Shown: piece after piece, positions 48,537-59,000 of the stretch | Position numbering within the stretch: the stretch's first letter is position 1 | Layout of the letters: every line of letters starts with the position of its first letter | Assembly (NCBI GenBank): GCA_947491825.1 | Contig: CANLLM010000001.1 | Coordinates: 17,689 to 81,688 of the forward strand | Reading direction: 5' to 3' | DNA: 64,000 nt | Source of the DNA: Bacteroidota bacterium | GTDB taxonomy: Bacteria; Bacteroidota; Bacteroidia; UKL13-3 | Translations under genes and position numbers: made by a program | Notes under the pieces: model-generated | The model's database searches: none | What the model was told of the DNA's origin: nothing | What the model saw: only the letters and a program-made list of their open reading frames with translations

Positions 48537-50156
48537 ATGAACAGATTAATGCTAAAAGCGATTTTAATCAGCAGTGTAATAGTTACAACATTACAAGCAC
48601 AAACATTACAAGAAGGGTTGAAAGCCCTTGATTTCGACAAGTATGAAAGTGCACGAGGTATTTTCACTCAATTAACCTTTAAAGAGCCTGCTAATGGGGA
48701 AAATTGGTACTACCTTGGTCAATCGTATTTAAATCTATTTAAAGAGGATTCTGCAGAATGGGCTTATAACGAAGGAGTTAAATTAGCGCCTAAAACCTCG
48801 GCTAATTATGTAGGTATAGGAGAATTACTTATTGCAAATAAAAAAGTAGAAGAAGCCAAAAGCCAATTTAATAAAGCATTAAGCTTTAGTAGAGGACGTG
48901 ATGGCATGATTAAAGATGCTAAAACACTAAGACTAGTAGCTAGTGCTTTAGTAAGCGCTGAAAATAAGGTAGTTGATGAGGCTTTAAACCACATCAAAAA
49001 TGCGCTTGAAATTGCACCTCAAGATTATGATGTGTTAATTGCTGCAGGAGATGTTTATCTTGAAATGAACAAAGGTGGAGACGCTGCAACACAATACGAA
49101 AGAGCTGAGGTTGTTGACCCTAAAAACCCAAAAGCGTTTACTCGGGTTGCCGCAATATGGTTACGCGTGCGAAATTCAGAACAAACGTTAACGGATTTAA
49201 ATAAGGCTTTAGTAATAGATCCAAATTACGCTCCAGCATTAAAACTCATGAGTGAGTTATACTATAAATCAAAAAAGTACCAATTAGCTAAAGATTATTA
49301 CACCAAATATTTAGATAACTCGGAACCAAGTTTAGCTAATCAAAAAAGATTTGCGAAAATATTATTCAATTCAAAAGAATTTGAAGATGCATTACCCAAA
49401 ATATTGGATGTAATTAAATTAGAAGATAGCGATGTATACATGCACCGTATGGCCGGTTACAGCTATTTTGAAGTTGGTGAATTAAAGAAAGACACAATTA
49501 TGTATCGCCTAGGTGTTGCAGAACTTGAATTGTTTTTAAGCAAAATTGCACCTGATAAAATGTTAGCCAGCGATTACGAATATTTAGGCAAACTGTATAG
49601 CCGTATTCCGACTAAAGATAGCCTTGCTGTTATTAATATGAGTAAAGCAATTGAAATGGCTCCTGATAAAATAGAACTTTTAAAGGAAGCTGGTATGGTA
49701 TATAACAAAATTAAACGTTTTGATAAGTCTATCGTGTGCTTTGAAACATATATAAGTAAAACAAATAAAATCATTCCTGCTGATTACTACTTACTCGGTA
49801 TGGCTTCCTACTTTGGCAAATCATTACCTAAGGCGGACAGTGCATTTGCAAAATTAATTGAAGTTAAACCTGATTATGCGGATGGTTATTATTGGAGAGG
49901 AAATGTTCAAGCTTCTTTAGATTCAGAAGCTAAGGATACTTTGGGCTTAAGCTCATATATTACATACGTAAGTATGGTTGAGGCTACACCTGAAAAGTAT
50001 AAAAAGAATCTTATCGTTTCTTATGATTACTTAGCTAAGTACTACATAAAACAAGAGAAAGATACGATTGCAAAAGGATACTTAGAAAAAATAATTGCCA
50101 TAGACCCCAATAATAAACAAGCTAAAGAATACCTAAAGTCATTAGGTGGTAAATAA
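48537..50156 (+). CDS. Tetratricopeptide-repeat protein (secreted).
   Basis: Signal peptide. Multiple TPR-like 34-aa helical repeats (…YYLGQSYLNL…, …ALKLMSELYYKSKKYQLAKDYY…, …YYWRGNVQ…). Confidence 0.8.
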   Translation: MNRLMLKAILISSVIVTTLQAQTLQEGLKALDFDKYESARGIFTQLTFKEPANGENWYYLGQSYLNLFKEDSAEWAYNEGVKLAPKTSANYVGIGELLIANKKVEEAKSQFNKALSFSRGRDGMIKDAKTLRLVASALVSAENKVVDEALNHIKNALEIAPQDYDVLIAAGDVYLEMNKGGDAATQYERAEVVDPKNPKAFTRVAAIWLRVRNSEQTLTDLNKALVIDPNYAPALKLMSELYYKSKKYQLAKDYYTKYLDNSEPSLANQKRFAKILFNSKEFEDALPKILDVIKLEDSDVYMHRMAGYSYFEVGELKKDTIMYRLGVAELELFLSKIAPDKMLASDYEYLGKLYSRIPTKDSLAVINMSKAIEMAPDKIELLKEAGMVYNKIKRFDKSIVCFETYISKTNKIIPADYYLLGMASYFGKSLPKADSAFAKLIEVKPDYADGYYWRGNVQASLDSEAKDTLGLSSYITYVSMVEATPEKYKKNLIVSYDYLAKYYIKQEKDTIAKGYLEKIIAIDPNNKQAKEYLKSLGGK

Positions 50157-50173
50157 TCCACTTCAACATGAAT

Positions 50174-50215
50174 AACAAAACGCCAAGTAGTCTTTTGCTT
50201 GGCGTTTTGTTTTCA
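50174..50215 (+). terminator. Strong rho-independent terminator after the TonB-cluster TPR gene.
   Basis: 14-bp perfect stem AACAAAACGCCAAG / CTTGGCGTTTTGTT with a 10-nt loop, followed by a T-rich tail. Confidence 0.85.
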
Positions 50216-50603
50216 TCATTAGTTATTTAGACCTAACCTATAGTGGTGTGTATTTTTTAAAAGCTTTGAAAAAGTTTTTTACATTTAAACAATTGAGCAA
50301 CCAAAATCAATTCAGCACCAAATGTTTTTAAGTACTGATTTTACAAAAATATACCTAAGCACTAAGTAGTGTTTCGGCAAATGTGTATAACATGAAAATA
50401 TTGTATTGTAATGGTTTCGAATGTCTCTGATTCATTTAAATGTATGCTAGAATCATAGTTGCTATAGAAACAATTTAAACAATTTTCATTCCATGTACTG
50501 TGATACAGTAACAAAATTTAAGCAACCCTCTTAGTTATTATTTGATCGAAATAATTAATATTCGTTATTCAATTAAAAAGTTAGTTATAAAGAACGAAAA
50601 TTC

Positions 50604-51341
50604 ATGAAAGGTATTTGTAATCTATCCGCTATACCACTTCGTAAAGCCCCCGACAGTAAAAGTGAAATCGTTTCTCAACTTTTATTTGGTGATACTTTTT
50701 TGATTCACCATATTGAAAATAGTTGGGCAAACATCACCACATTAAATGATAATTATAGTGGTTATATAAGCGATAAACAATACAATGTATTTGAAAATGA
50801 TGACCAAAACTGGATAGTAAATACTAACTATCCCTATTTAGAAGCAATTACAATAGAAGGAAAATTATTGCTTCCAGCGGGCTGTTTAATCCCAAATCAA
50901 ACTAAAACCAATATTGGTCAACTAGAAATTACACTTACAAAAATTCCGCCTACAAAAAATACAAGTAGTTTAGCCGAAATCGCATTGCAATATTTAAATG
51001 TGCCATACTTGTGGGGCGGTAAAACACCTTTTGGTATAGATTGTAGCGGCTTTACGCAAATGGTTTACAAGCAATGTGGAGTTGATTTACCACGTGATGC
51101 CTACCAACAAGCCCTTAATGGTAAAACATTGGATTTTGTGCATGAAAGCCAATGTGGCGATTTAGCTTTTTTTGATAATGAAGATGGAAAAATTACGCAC
51201 GTAGGTTTAATGTTAGATCACGAAAGAATTATCCATGCTTCAGGTAAAGTTCGCATAGATATTCTAGATCATCATGGAATTTTGAACACTGATGAAAATA
51301 TCTACTCTCATAAATTAAGAATCATTAAACGGATTATATAA
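50604..51341 (+). CDS. NlpC/P60 (C40) family peptidoglycan hydrolase with an N-terminal SH3-like domain.
   Basis: Catalytic Cys context …YLWGGKTPFGIDCSGFTQMVYKQ…, plus downstream His (…ITHVGLML…). Confidence 0.8.
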   Translation: MKGICNLSAIPLRKAPDSKSEIVSQLLFGDTFLIHHIENSWANITTLNDNYSGYISDKQYNVFENDDQNWIVNTNYPYLEAITIEGKLLLPAGCLIPNQTKTNIGQLEITLTKIPPTKNTSSLAEIALQYLNVPYLWGGKTPFGIDCSGFTQMVYKQCGVDLPRDAYQQALNGKTLDFVHESQCGDLAFFDNEDGKITHVGLMLDHERIIHASGKVRIDILDHHGILNTDENIYSHKLRIIKRII

Positions 51342-51428
51342 ACACTCGCAAATCAAAACGAATAAAACAACAAGAATAAAAAATTATAGAAAGTGGAAAT
51401 AATTTGGACCCACAAAAACTAAAATTAA

Positions 51429-51436
51429 TAATTTTG
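51429..51436 (+). promoter_or_regulatory. Bacteroidota-type -7 box TAATTTTG upstream of the peroxiredoxin gene.
   Basis: TAnnTTTG match about 39 nt upstream of the ATG at 51475. Confidence 0.35.
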
Positions 51437-51474
51437 TGTTTCTTTGAAAATATTTAAAAAAAAATAAAAACATT

Positions 51475-51948
51475 ATGGCATTACAAAAAGGAGATAAAGC
51501 GCCTGCATTCAATTTGTTTAATACAGAAAAAAAAGCAGTTTCATTAGAAGATTTTAAAGGAAAAAACTTAATCATACATTTTTTTCCACTTGCATTTACA
51601 GGTGTGTGTACCACCCAACTTTGCACTGTAAGAGATGCCATCAGTGCGTATAAAAATGATGCCGCTGATGTAGTTGCAATATCAGTTGATTCGATTTTTA
51701 CTCTTGATAAATTTAAGGAAGAGCAAAACCTACAGTTCGATTTATTGAGCGACTTTAATCGCCAAGCCGCAACTGCTTATGATGCATTACACGAGGTATT
51801 TCCTGCCTTCGCAATGGAAGGTGTTGCAAAGCGTGCTGCTTTTGTAGTGGACAAAGACGGAATTATTCAGTTTGCGCAAGTATTGGAAAGCCCGGGTGAT
51901 TTACCTGATTTTGCCGCAATCAACGCAATCTTGTCATCTTTAAATTAA
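51475..51948 (+). CDS. Peroxiredoxin / thiol peroxidase (AhpC-TSA/redoxin family).
   Basis: Peroxidatic Cys context …FFPLAFTGVCTTQLC…. Confidence 0.85.
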   Translation: MALQKGDKAPAFNLFNTEKKAVSLEDFKGKNLIIHFFPLAFTGVCTTQLCTVRDAISAYKNDAADVVAISVDSIFTLDKFKEEQNLQFDLLSDFNRQAATAYDALHEVFPAFAMEGVAKRAAFVVDKDGIIQFAQVLESPGDLPDFAAINAILSSLN

Positions 51949-52012
51949 TTTTTTTGTTTCTGTTCTTGCAAATACAACAAGTAAAACTATATTTGCACCA
52001 CATTTAACAAAG

Positions 52013-52086
52013 GGTTTCGTAGCTCAATTGAATAGAGCATCTGACTACGGATCAGAAGGTTACAGGTTTGAATCCTGTCGAGACCA
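52013..52086 (+). tRNA. tRNA-Arg, anticodon ACG.
   Basis: Manual fold: acceptor GGTTTCG/CGAGACC (one G-U), D stem GCTC/GAGC, anticodon stem TCTGA/TCAGA with loop CTACGGA, T-loop TTTGAAT, discriminator A. Confidence 0.9.
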
Positions 52087-52092
52087 CGAAAT

Positions 52093-52127
52093 AAAACCAC
52101 TGACGAGAGTTGGTGGTTTTTTGTTTT
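52093..52127 (+). terminator. Rho-independent terminator after tRNA-Arg.
   Basis: AAAACCAC-12 nt-GTGGTTTT followed by TTGTTTT. Confidence 0.75.
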
Positions 52128-52168
52128 AACTCCAAACCAATATCTTTATCACAAACAAGCTATTCACC

Positions 52169-52954
52169 ATGAATACCAAGCAACAAAAACTCGAAGCTTT
52201 TTCTCGCCTTTTGGATGTAATGGACAACCTACGCGAGAAGTGTCCTTGGGATAGGAAACAAACCAACGAAAGTTTACGCCATTTAACCATCGAAGAAACC
52301 TACGAGCTTAGTGACGCCATTCTAAAAAATGATGGTACAGGAATCAAAAAAGAGTTAGGTGATGTATTGCTTCATTTGGTATTTTATGCCCGTATTGGCA
52401 GCGAGAAAAACCAATTTGATATTGCTGATGTATGCAATTCACTTTGCGATAAATTAATTTACCGTCACCCACACATATATGGAGACGTGAAAGCGGATAC
52501 GGCAGAACAGGTTAAAGAAAACTGGGAACAACTTAAACTTAAAGAAGGAAATAAATCAGTATTAAGCGGTGTTGCAAAAGGCACACCAAGTATCGTTAAA
52601 GCAATACGCATGCAAGAAAAAGCGGCACAAGTTGGTTTTGATTGGCCTACTCCTGCCCAAGTATGGGCAAAGGTAGATGAAGAGTTAGCCGAACTAAAAG
52701 AAGAGTTTGAAACGAATCCTGCATCTGAAAAAACTGAAAAAGAGTTTGGCGATTACCTGTTTTCATTAATTAACGTGGCACGTAAATATAACATCAACCC
52801 CGATGATGCGTTAGAGAAAACCAACCTAAAATTTATGAAACGCTTTCAATTCATTGAAGAAAAGGCCAAAGTACTAAATAAAAACTTAAGCGATATGACC
52901 TTAGAAGAAATGGATGCGTATTGGAATGAAGCGAAGAAGATTAAGCCAAATTAA
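52169..52954 (+). CDS. mazG: Nucleoside triphosphate pyrophosphohydrolase MazG.
   Basis: EExYELxDAI and …ELGDVLLHLVFYARI… MazG/all-alpha NTP-PPase motifs, in two copies. Confidence 0.85.
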   Translation: MNTKQQKLEAFSRLLDVMDNLREKCPWDRKQTNESLRHLTIEETYELSDAILKNDGTGIKKELGDVLLHLVFYARIGSEKNQFDIADVCNSLCDKLIYRHPHIYGDVKADTAEQVKENWEQLKLKEGNKSVLSGVAKGTPSIVKAIRMQEKAAQVGFDWPTPAQVWAKVDEELAELKEEFETNPASEKTEKEFGDYLFSLINVARKYNINPDDALEKTNLKFMKRFQFIEEKAKVLNKNLSDMTLEEMDAYWNEAKKIKPN

Positions 52955-53046
52955 CATTAAATTAACTCAAAATTGATGCATTAATTATTCTACCTTAACT
53001 TTTGCTTGAGTTTATCCAGCGAGCTTGCAAGCCTAATTTACAAGGT

Positions 53047-56000
53047 ATGAAAAGACAATTATTCTTATTTTCTATTGCGTTTGCATTAGCCTTTACAGGT
53101 GATGTTAGTGCACAAATCAATGCCCAATTCTTAGGGCGTTATTCTATAGGCACCTATAATTCGAATGGAGGTGTAGCCGAAATCTCTGCTTATGATCCTA
53201 ATTCCAAACGTATGTTTGTTATCAATGGACCTGACTCAACAGTTAAAATTGTTAGCATTGCTAATCCTGCCAATCCAGTTTTAATTACTACTGTTTCTAT
53301 TAAACCTTATGGAATAGATGTTACTTCGGTGGCATGTAATAAAAAAGGTGTTTTTGCAATTTCAGTAATCGACTCTAACGGAAAAACAAATCCTAGTAAT
53401 ATTGTATTTTTAGATATCAATGGAAATTATATCAATAAAGTAAAAGCTGGTGCAAATGCCGATCATGTTATTTTCACTTCAAATGGACAAAAATTATTAG
53501 TTGCCAATGAAGGTGAACCAAATGTAGGTTATACCATTGATCCAGAAGGTTCAATTTCAATTATTGATTTAGCTTCTGGTATTGCAAATATTTCACAAGC
53601 CAATGTGCAAACTGCTGGCTTTACAGCTTTTAATACTCCAACTACTATTGATTCAAAAATAAAAATTACAGGTAGAATACAGTCTGGTGGCACTTTTTTA
53701 CGCAACTCTACCGTAGCCGAAGATATAGAACCTGAGTACATAGCAGTATCTGAAGACAATTCAACTGCGTGGGTTACTTGCCAAGAAAACAATGCCCTGG
53801 CTATAGTTAATATAAATTCAGCTACTGTTACTTCTTTATTACCATTAGGATTTAAAAACCATAATTTATCAGGCAATGGACTTGACCCTTCAGACCAATC
53901 AGGTGCAGGTAATACCGCTTCAACTAGTATTGCTAATTGGCCCGTATTTGGTATGTATCAACCCGATGGAATCTCAAGTTACAAAGTTGGAAGCCAAACT
54001 TTTTTAGTAACCGCCAATGAAGGTGATGCCCGTGCAGATTGGGGTGCAGTTAATAATGAGGAAGTAAGAGTAAATAACGCTTCATTTGTTTTGGATACCA
54101 TTAAATTTGGTGGTGCAACCAATGTTGCAGCCTTAAGAGCAAATGCAGGCTTAGGCAGATTAAACGTTACAAATCGCTATGGCGACTTTGATAACGATGG
54201 GAAATTTGATAGTATTTTCACCTTTGGCGCTCGCTCATTTTCCATTTGGAATGGCGCAACAGGTGCTTTAGTTTGGGATAGCAAAGACGATTTTGAACAA
54301 CGCACTGCTGCCATGTTCCCGAGCAATTTTAATGCAGGCCATACTACTAATGCCTTAGACGACAGAAGTGATAACAAAGGACCTGAGCCTGAAAGCATTA
54401 CTATTGGAAAAATTGGTGATAGCACTTATGCATTTGTAGGTTTAGAGCGTATTGGTGGAATAATGATTTATAATATTACCAATCCGAACGCACCTTATTA
54501 TGTTCAATACATTAACACCCGTAATTTTGGCGTAACTCCTAACCAAGCTAATTTAGCTACTGTTGGGGATTTAGGTCCAGAAGGGATTGTATTTATTCCT
54601 GCTGCAGAAAGTCCAAACGGCCAAAATTTGGTTTTACTATCTAACGAAGTAAGTGGAACCGTTGCCATTTTTACTGTTACAACTCCCCAAACGGTAGGCA
54701 TTACTAAATTACAGGAATATAAAAACAATACATCACCTGCAATCGGAACTTTTCAAGGAATAAATTACAGAGAAGCTGGGTTTTCATCTTTATTTCCTAT
54801 ACCAAATACCAATGGAACGGAGTTTTGGACTTGCTCAGATAGAGGGGTAAATATTGATGGTGCAAATGCAAACCTTGCAGGATGCCGCCCTACTTACGAT
54901 AAGATATATGGGTTTCCATCATACGCTCCAAAAATTCACCGCATACGCTTATTAGGTGATTCAATACAAATACTAAGAACAATAACCATAAAACGTCTTA
55001 ACGGAACTAGTGCAACTGGTATCATTAATCCTACCGGATTAGGAAGTACGGCTGCTGAAATTGCCTCAACTGATACAGTTCAGGATTGTGCTAACTTTAG
55101 CTTAAAAACTACACCAAAAGATACATTTGGTATTGACCCAGAAGGATTAGTAGTTGACAAAGTAGGTAACTTTTGGTTGTGCGAAGAAGGTGGAGCCACT
55201 ATTTGGCAGTTAAATCCAAATGGTGTTCTGATTAAAAGATATACGCCATACTTTAACCGCCCAGGACTTCAATCAGTAGACATGCAACTAGATACTTGTT
55301 TTAAGTATCGCAGAAATAACAGGGGATTTGAAGGAATTGCCATTACACCAAATGGAAAAATTTATGCAGCCATACAAAGTCCAATGCATTATCCAAGCTC
55401 TTCAGTTGGATCTTCATCTAGGGTTCACAGAATAGTAGAAATTGACCCTGCAACTAATACCCAAAGAATGTTGGTTTATTTAAATGATGGTACTATAGGT
55501 GCTTCAGGTGCAAATCAAATACGTCCTCAAGACTGGAAAATTGGCGATATGACAGCTATCAACGATAGTACATTTTTAGTTTTAGATGCTGCTGCCAGAG
55601 GAACATCTGATCTTAAAAAGATGTACTTAATTAATATCAATCAAGCTACCGCAGTAAGCTCTGGCTTATATGGTGGTTTAACTATAGAAGCTTTGGCTGA
55701 TTCAACCGGCTTAGCTAATAATGGAATAAAGCCTGTAACTAAAACATTGGCGATAGATTTATTGGCGAGCGGCTGGCCAGCTGTTTTAGACAAAGCAGAA
55801 GGTTTAGCTATCATAAATGATAGCACCATTGCTATAGGAAATGACAATGATTTTGGACAAAAATCTGAGACCGCAAATGGAATAGGATCTGAAACTGGTA
55901 TCGTAAGTCACGTGATTACATATCGATTAAGTGGAGTTAAAAAGCTGATGAATTATAGAACTCCTCCATCTGTTAGTGCTTACCAAATGCAAATTTTGCA

Positions 56001-59000
56001 TTCAGGTGATATGGAAAGCGGTTTAGCTGCAGTTGTTGATGCGCCAAATTATGCTGCCATTATGGATAAATTGGAAGACCAACATGTAAACACTTTAATA
56101 TTATCATCAGGTGACAATACATTACCTGGTCCGTTTTTATCTTCAGGTGAAGATCCATCATTGCAAACACCTTTGCGCAACACTGCTGCAAGATATTACA
56201 GCGGAACACAAGCGTTGCGCGCAGCAATTGGCCGCGCAGATATTGCTATTATGAACATTATTGGTTTCAACGCATCTGCATTAGGTAACCATGAATTTGA
56301 TTTAGGAACTACAGATTTAAACGGACAAATTGGTGTTGATATTAGAAGCAATGGTGCTGACAAACGCTGGTTAGGAGCACAATTCCCATATGTAAGTTGT
56401 AATTTAAACTTTAGCAACGATATAAACTTAAGTTACTTATATACCAACCAAATTTTAAGAGATACAGCATTTAAAACATCTCCAACAATTACAAACAATA
56501 CCCAAAAGCGTGGTCTTGCACCATCAGTAATTATTGAGCGTAACGGAGAAAAAATCGGTATAGTTGGAGCTACTACGCAAGTTTTGGCAAAAATTTCATC
56601 TCCAGGTTTCACTTCAATCATTGGCCCACAAGTTGATGATATGCCAGCTTTAGCTGCAATTATTCAACCCGTGGTTGATTCATTAATCGCAAAAGAAGGT
56701 GTAAACAAAATTATTTTATTGGCACATTTGCAACAAATTGCAAACGAAAAAGCATTGGCACCATTATTACGAAATGTAGATATTATCATCTCTGGTGGTA
56801 ACCATGCAATTTCAGCAGATGGCAATGATAGACTAATTGCTGGTAATGTTAGAACAGAACAATATCCAATAAGAACAACAAGTTTAACCTCTCAACCAAT
56901 GGTTATTTTAAATAACTCAAGCGAGTGGAAATACGTTGGTCGTTTTGTGTGCGACTTTGACAGCGCAGGTGTATTGCTTCCAAATTTATTGGATTCAACC
57001 GTTAACGGTGTTTACGCAAGCGATTCATTAACTGTAACTTCACTTTGGGGTAACTACAATGCAGCTTTTGCTGCCGGCACAAAAGGTGCAGATGTGCGCA
57101 CAATTTGTAATGCAGTAAACAATGTTATTGTAGCTAAAGATGGAAATATCATTGGTAAGTCTAAGGTCTTTTTAGAAGGAAGAAGAAACTTTGTTCGCAC
57201 AGAGGAAACCAACCTAGGTAATCTTTCATCAGATGCTAACTTATGGTATGCTAAACAATACGACCCACAAGTTCGTGTTTCATTGAAAAACGGTGGCGGA
57301 ATTCGCTCAGCCGTTGGCACCGTAAATGCGGTCGGTGGAAATGTTACTTTAGAATCAACACAAGCAAACCCAACTGCCAATAAAGCTGCCGGAGATATTT
57401 CGCAATTAGACGTTGAAAATTCATTACGTTTTAATAATGGGTTGGTCATTGTAACTACAAATGCTGCGGGTTTACGCAGATTATTGGAGCATGGTATTGC
57501 TGCTACTACACCTAATGCAACTCCGGGTCAATTCCCGCAAGTGGGTGGAGTTGCTTTCAGTTATGATACTACACGTGCTGCAAATAATCGCATTGTTTCA
57601 ATGGTTATTATTGATTCATTAGGAAACAAACAAGATACAATTGTTCGCAATGGTTTATTATTTGGTGATACATCCAGAATTTATAAAACAGTAACCCTAA
57701 ACTTCTTAGCTAATCCATCATCAGTAGGCTCACCAGTAGGTGGCGATAATTATCCTTTCCCTCAAGTGGTAACTGCAAGGGTTAATTTGGATACAGCAAT
57801 AAAAAGTACAGGTACAGCAACTTTTGCTGGAATTGGTAGCGAGCAAGATGCATTTGCTGAGTATATGTTAGCTCGTCACAATACTTTGGGAACTGCATTT
57901 TCACTAAGAGATACAACGTTGCAAGGTGACAAACGCATTCAACTGTTAAATGCACGTGTTGATTCTATCATCTTCCAATATCCAACATTAACTTTGGCAC
58001 AGGCTCGCGCAGCAACTCCTCCATCGGTTGTCAAAACACGTGGTATTGTAACAAGAACATGGGGTCGCTTTATATACATTCAAGATGCAACAGGTGCAAT
58101 TGGTGTTCGCCAATCATCAGGTGCAATGGTTGATTCCATCATCACAAATGGAATACGCCAAGGAGATAGTATAGAAGTTATTGGAGTTCGTGCTGATTTT
58201 AACAATTATGCCCAAATTACAATAGCAACAGGAGCTTACACCACTACAAGTAGTATTACAAGATTAGCCACAGGAAGACCATTGCCTGCAGCACAAGTTT
58301 TAACTGTAAAGCAGTTCTTAGCTAATCCAGAAAGTTTCGAAAGTGAATTAGTTCGTATTGTTAATCTTCGTACAACATCAACTGGAGCATTTGCAAGCAG
58401 CACCAACTACAATGTTTGGGATGGATCTACTGTTGGAGATACCACTGTACTGCGTGTAATTTCATCACAAGATTCTGAGGTTGATGATGCCCCAGCATTT
58501 AATATTCCTTCCTTCTTCACGTTTGAAGGAACTGTTATTCAATTCTGTTCATCACCTACTAGTGGATGTAACACTGGCTACCAGTTACAAGGAATTCGCA
58601 AAACCGATATTATACCTCAGTTAGCGCCATTTAACTTAATAAGCCCAGCAAACAATGCCCGTGTGGTAACAGAACCAGGAAACAGCGCGCCTGTTCAAAT
58701 AACATGGAATAGCTCAGCTAATTCCAATACATATAAATGGTTCTTAACTACTGCTGCTGGAACATTTACAGCACCATTATTGGTTTTACCTGCTAATGGA
58801 TCAGGAACAGATACCACGCTTACCTTAACTTCAGGTGGTATTGATGCCATATTAGCAAGTTTAAATATAAGCCAAGGTGATTCTGTAAAAACTAAATGGA
58901 CAGTTTTTGCTTATAGAGGTACTGATTCGTTGCAAGCAGCACAGGTATTTAATATTACCCTAGCGCGCAAAAAAATTAGTACAGGTGCATTTAGCCTGAT

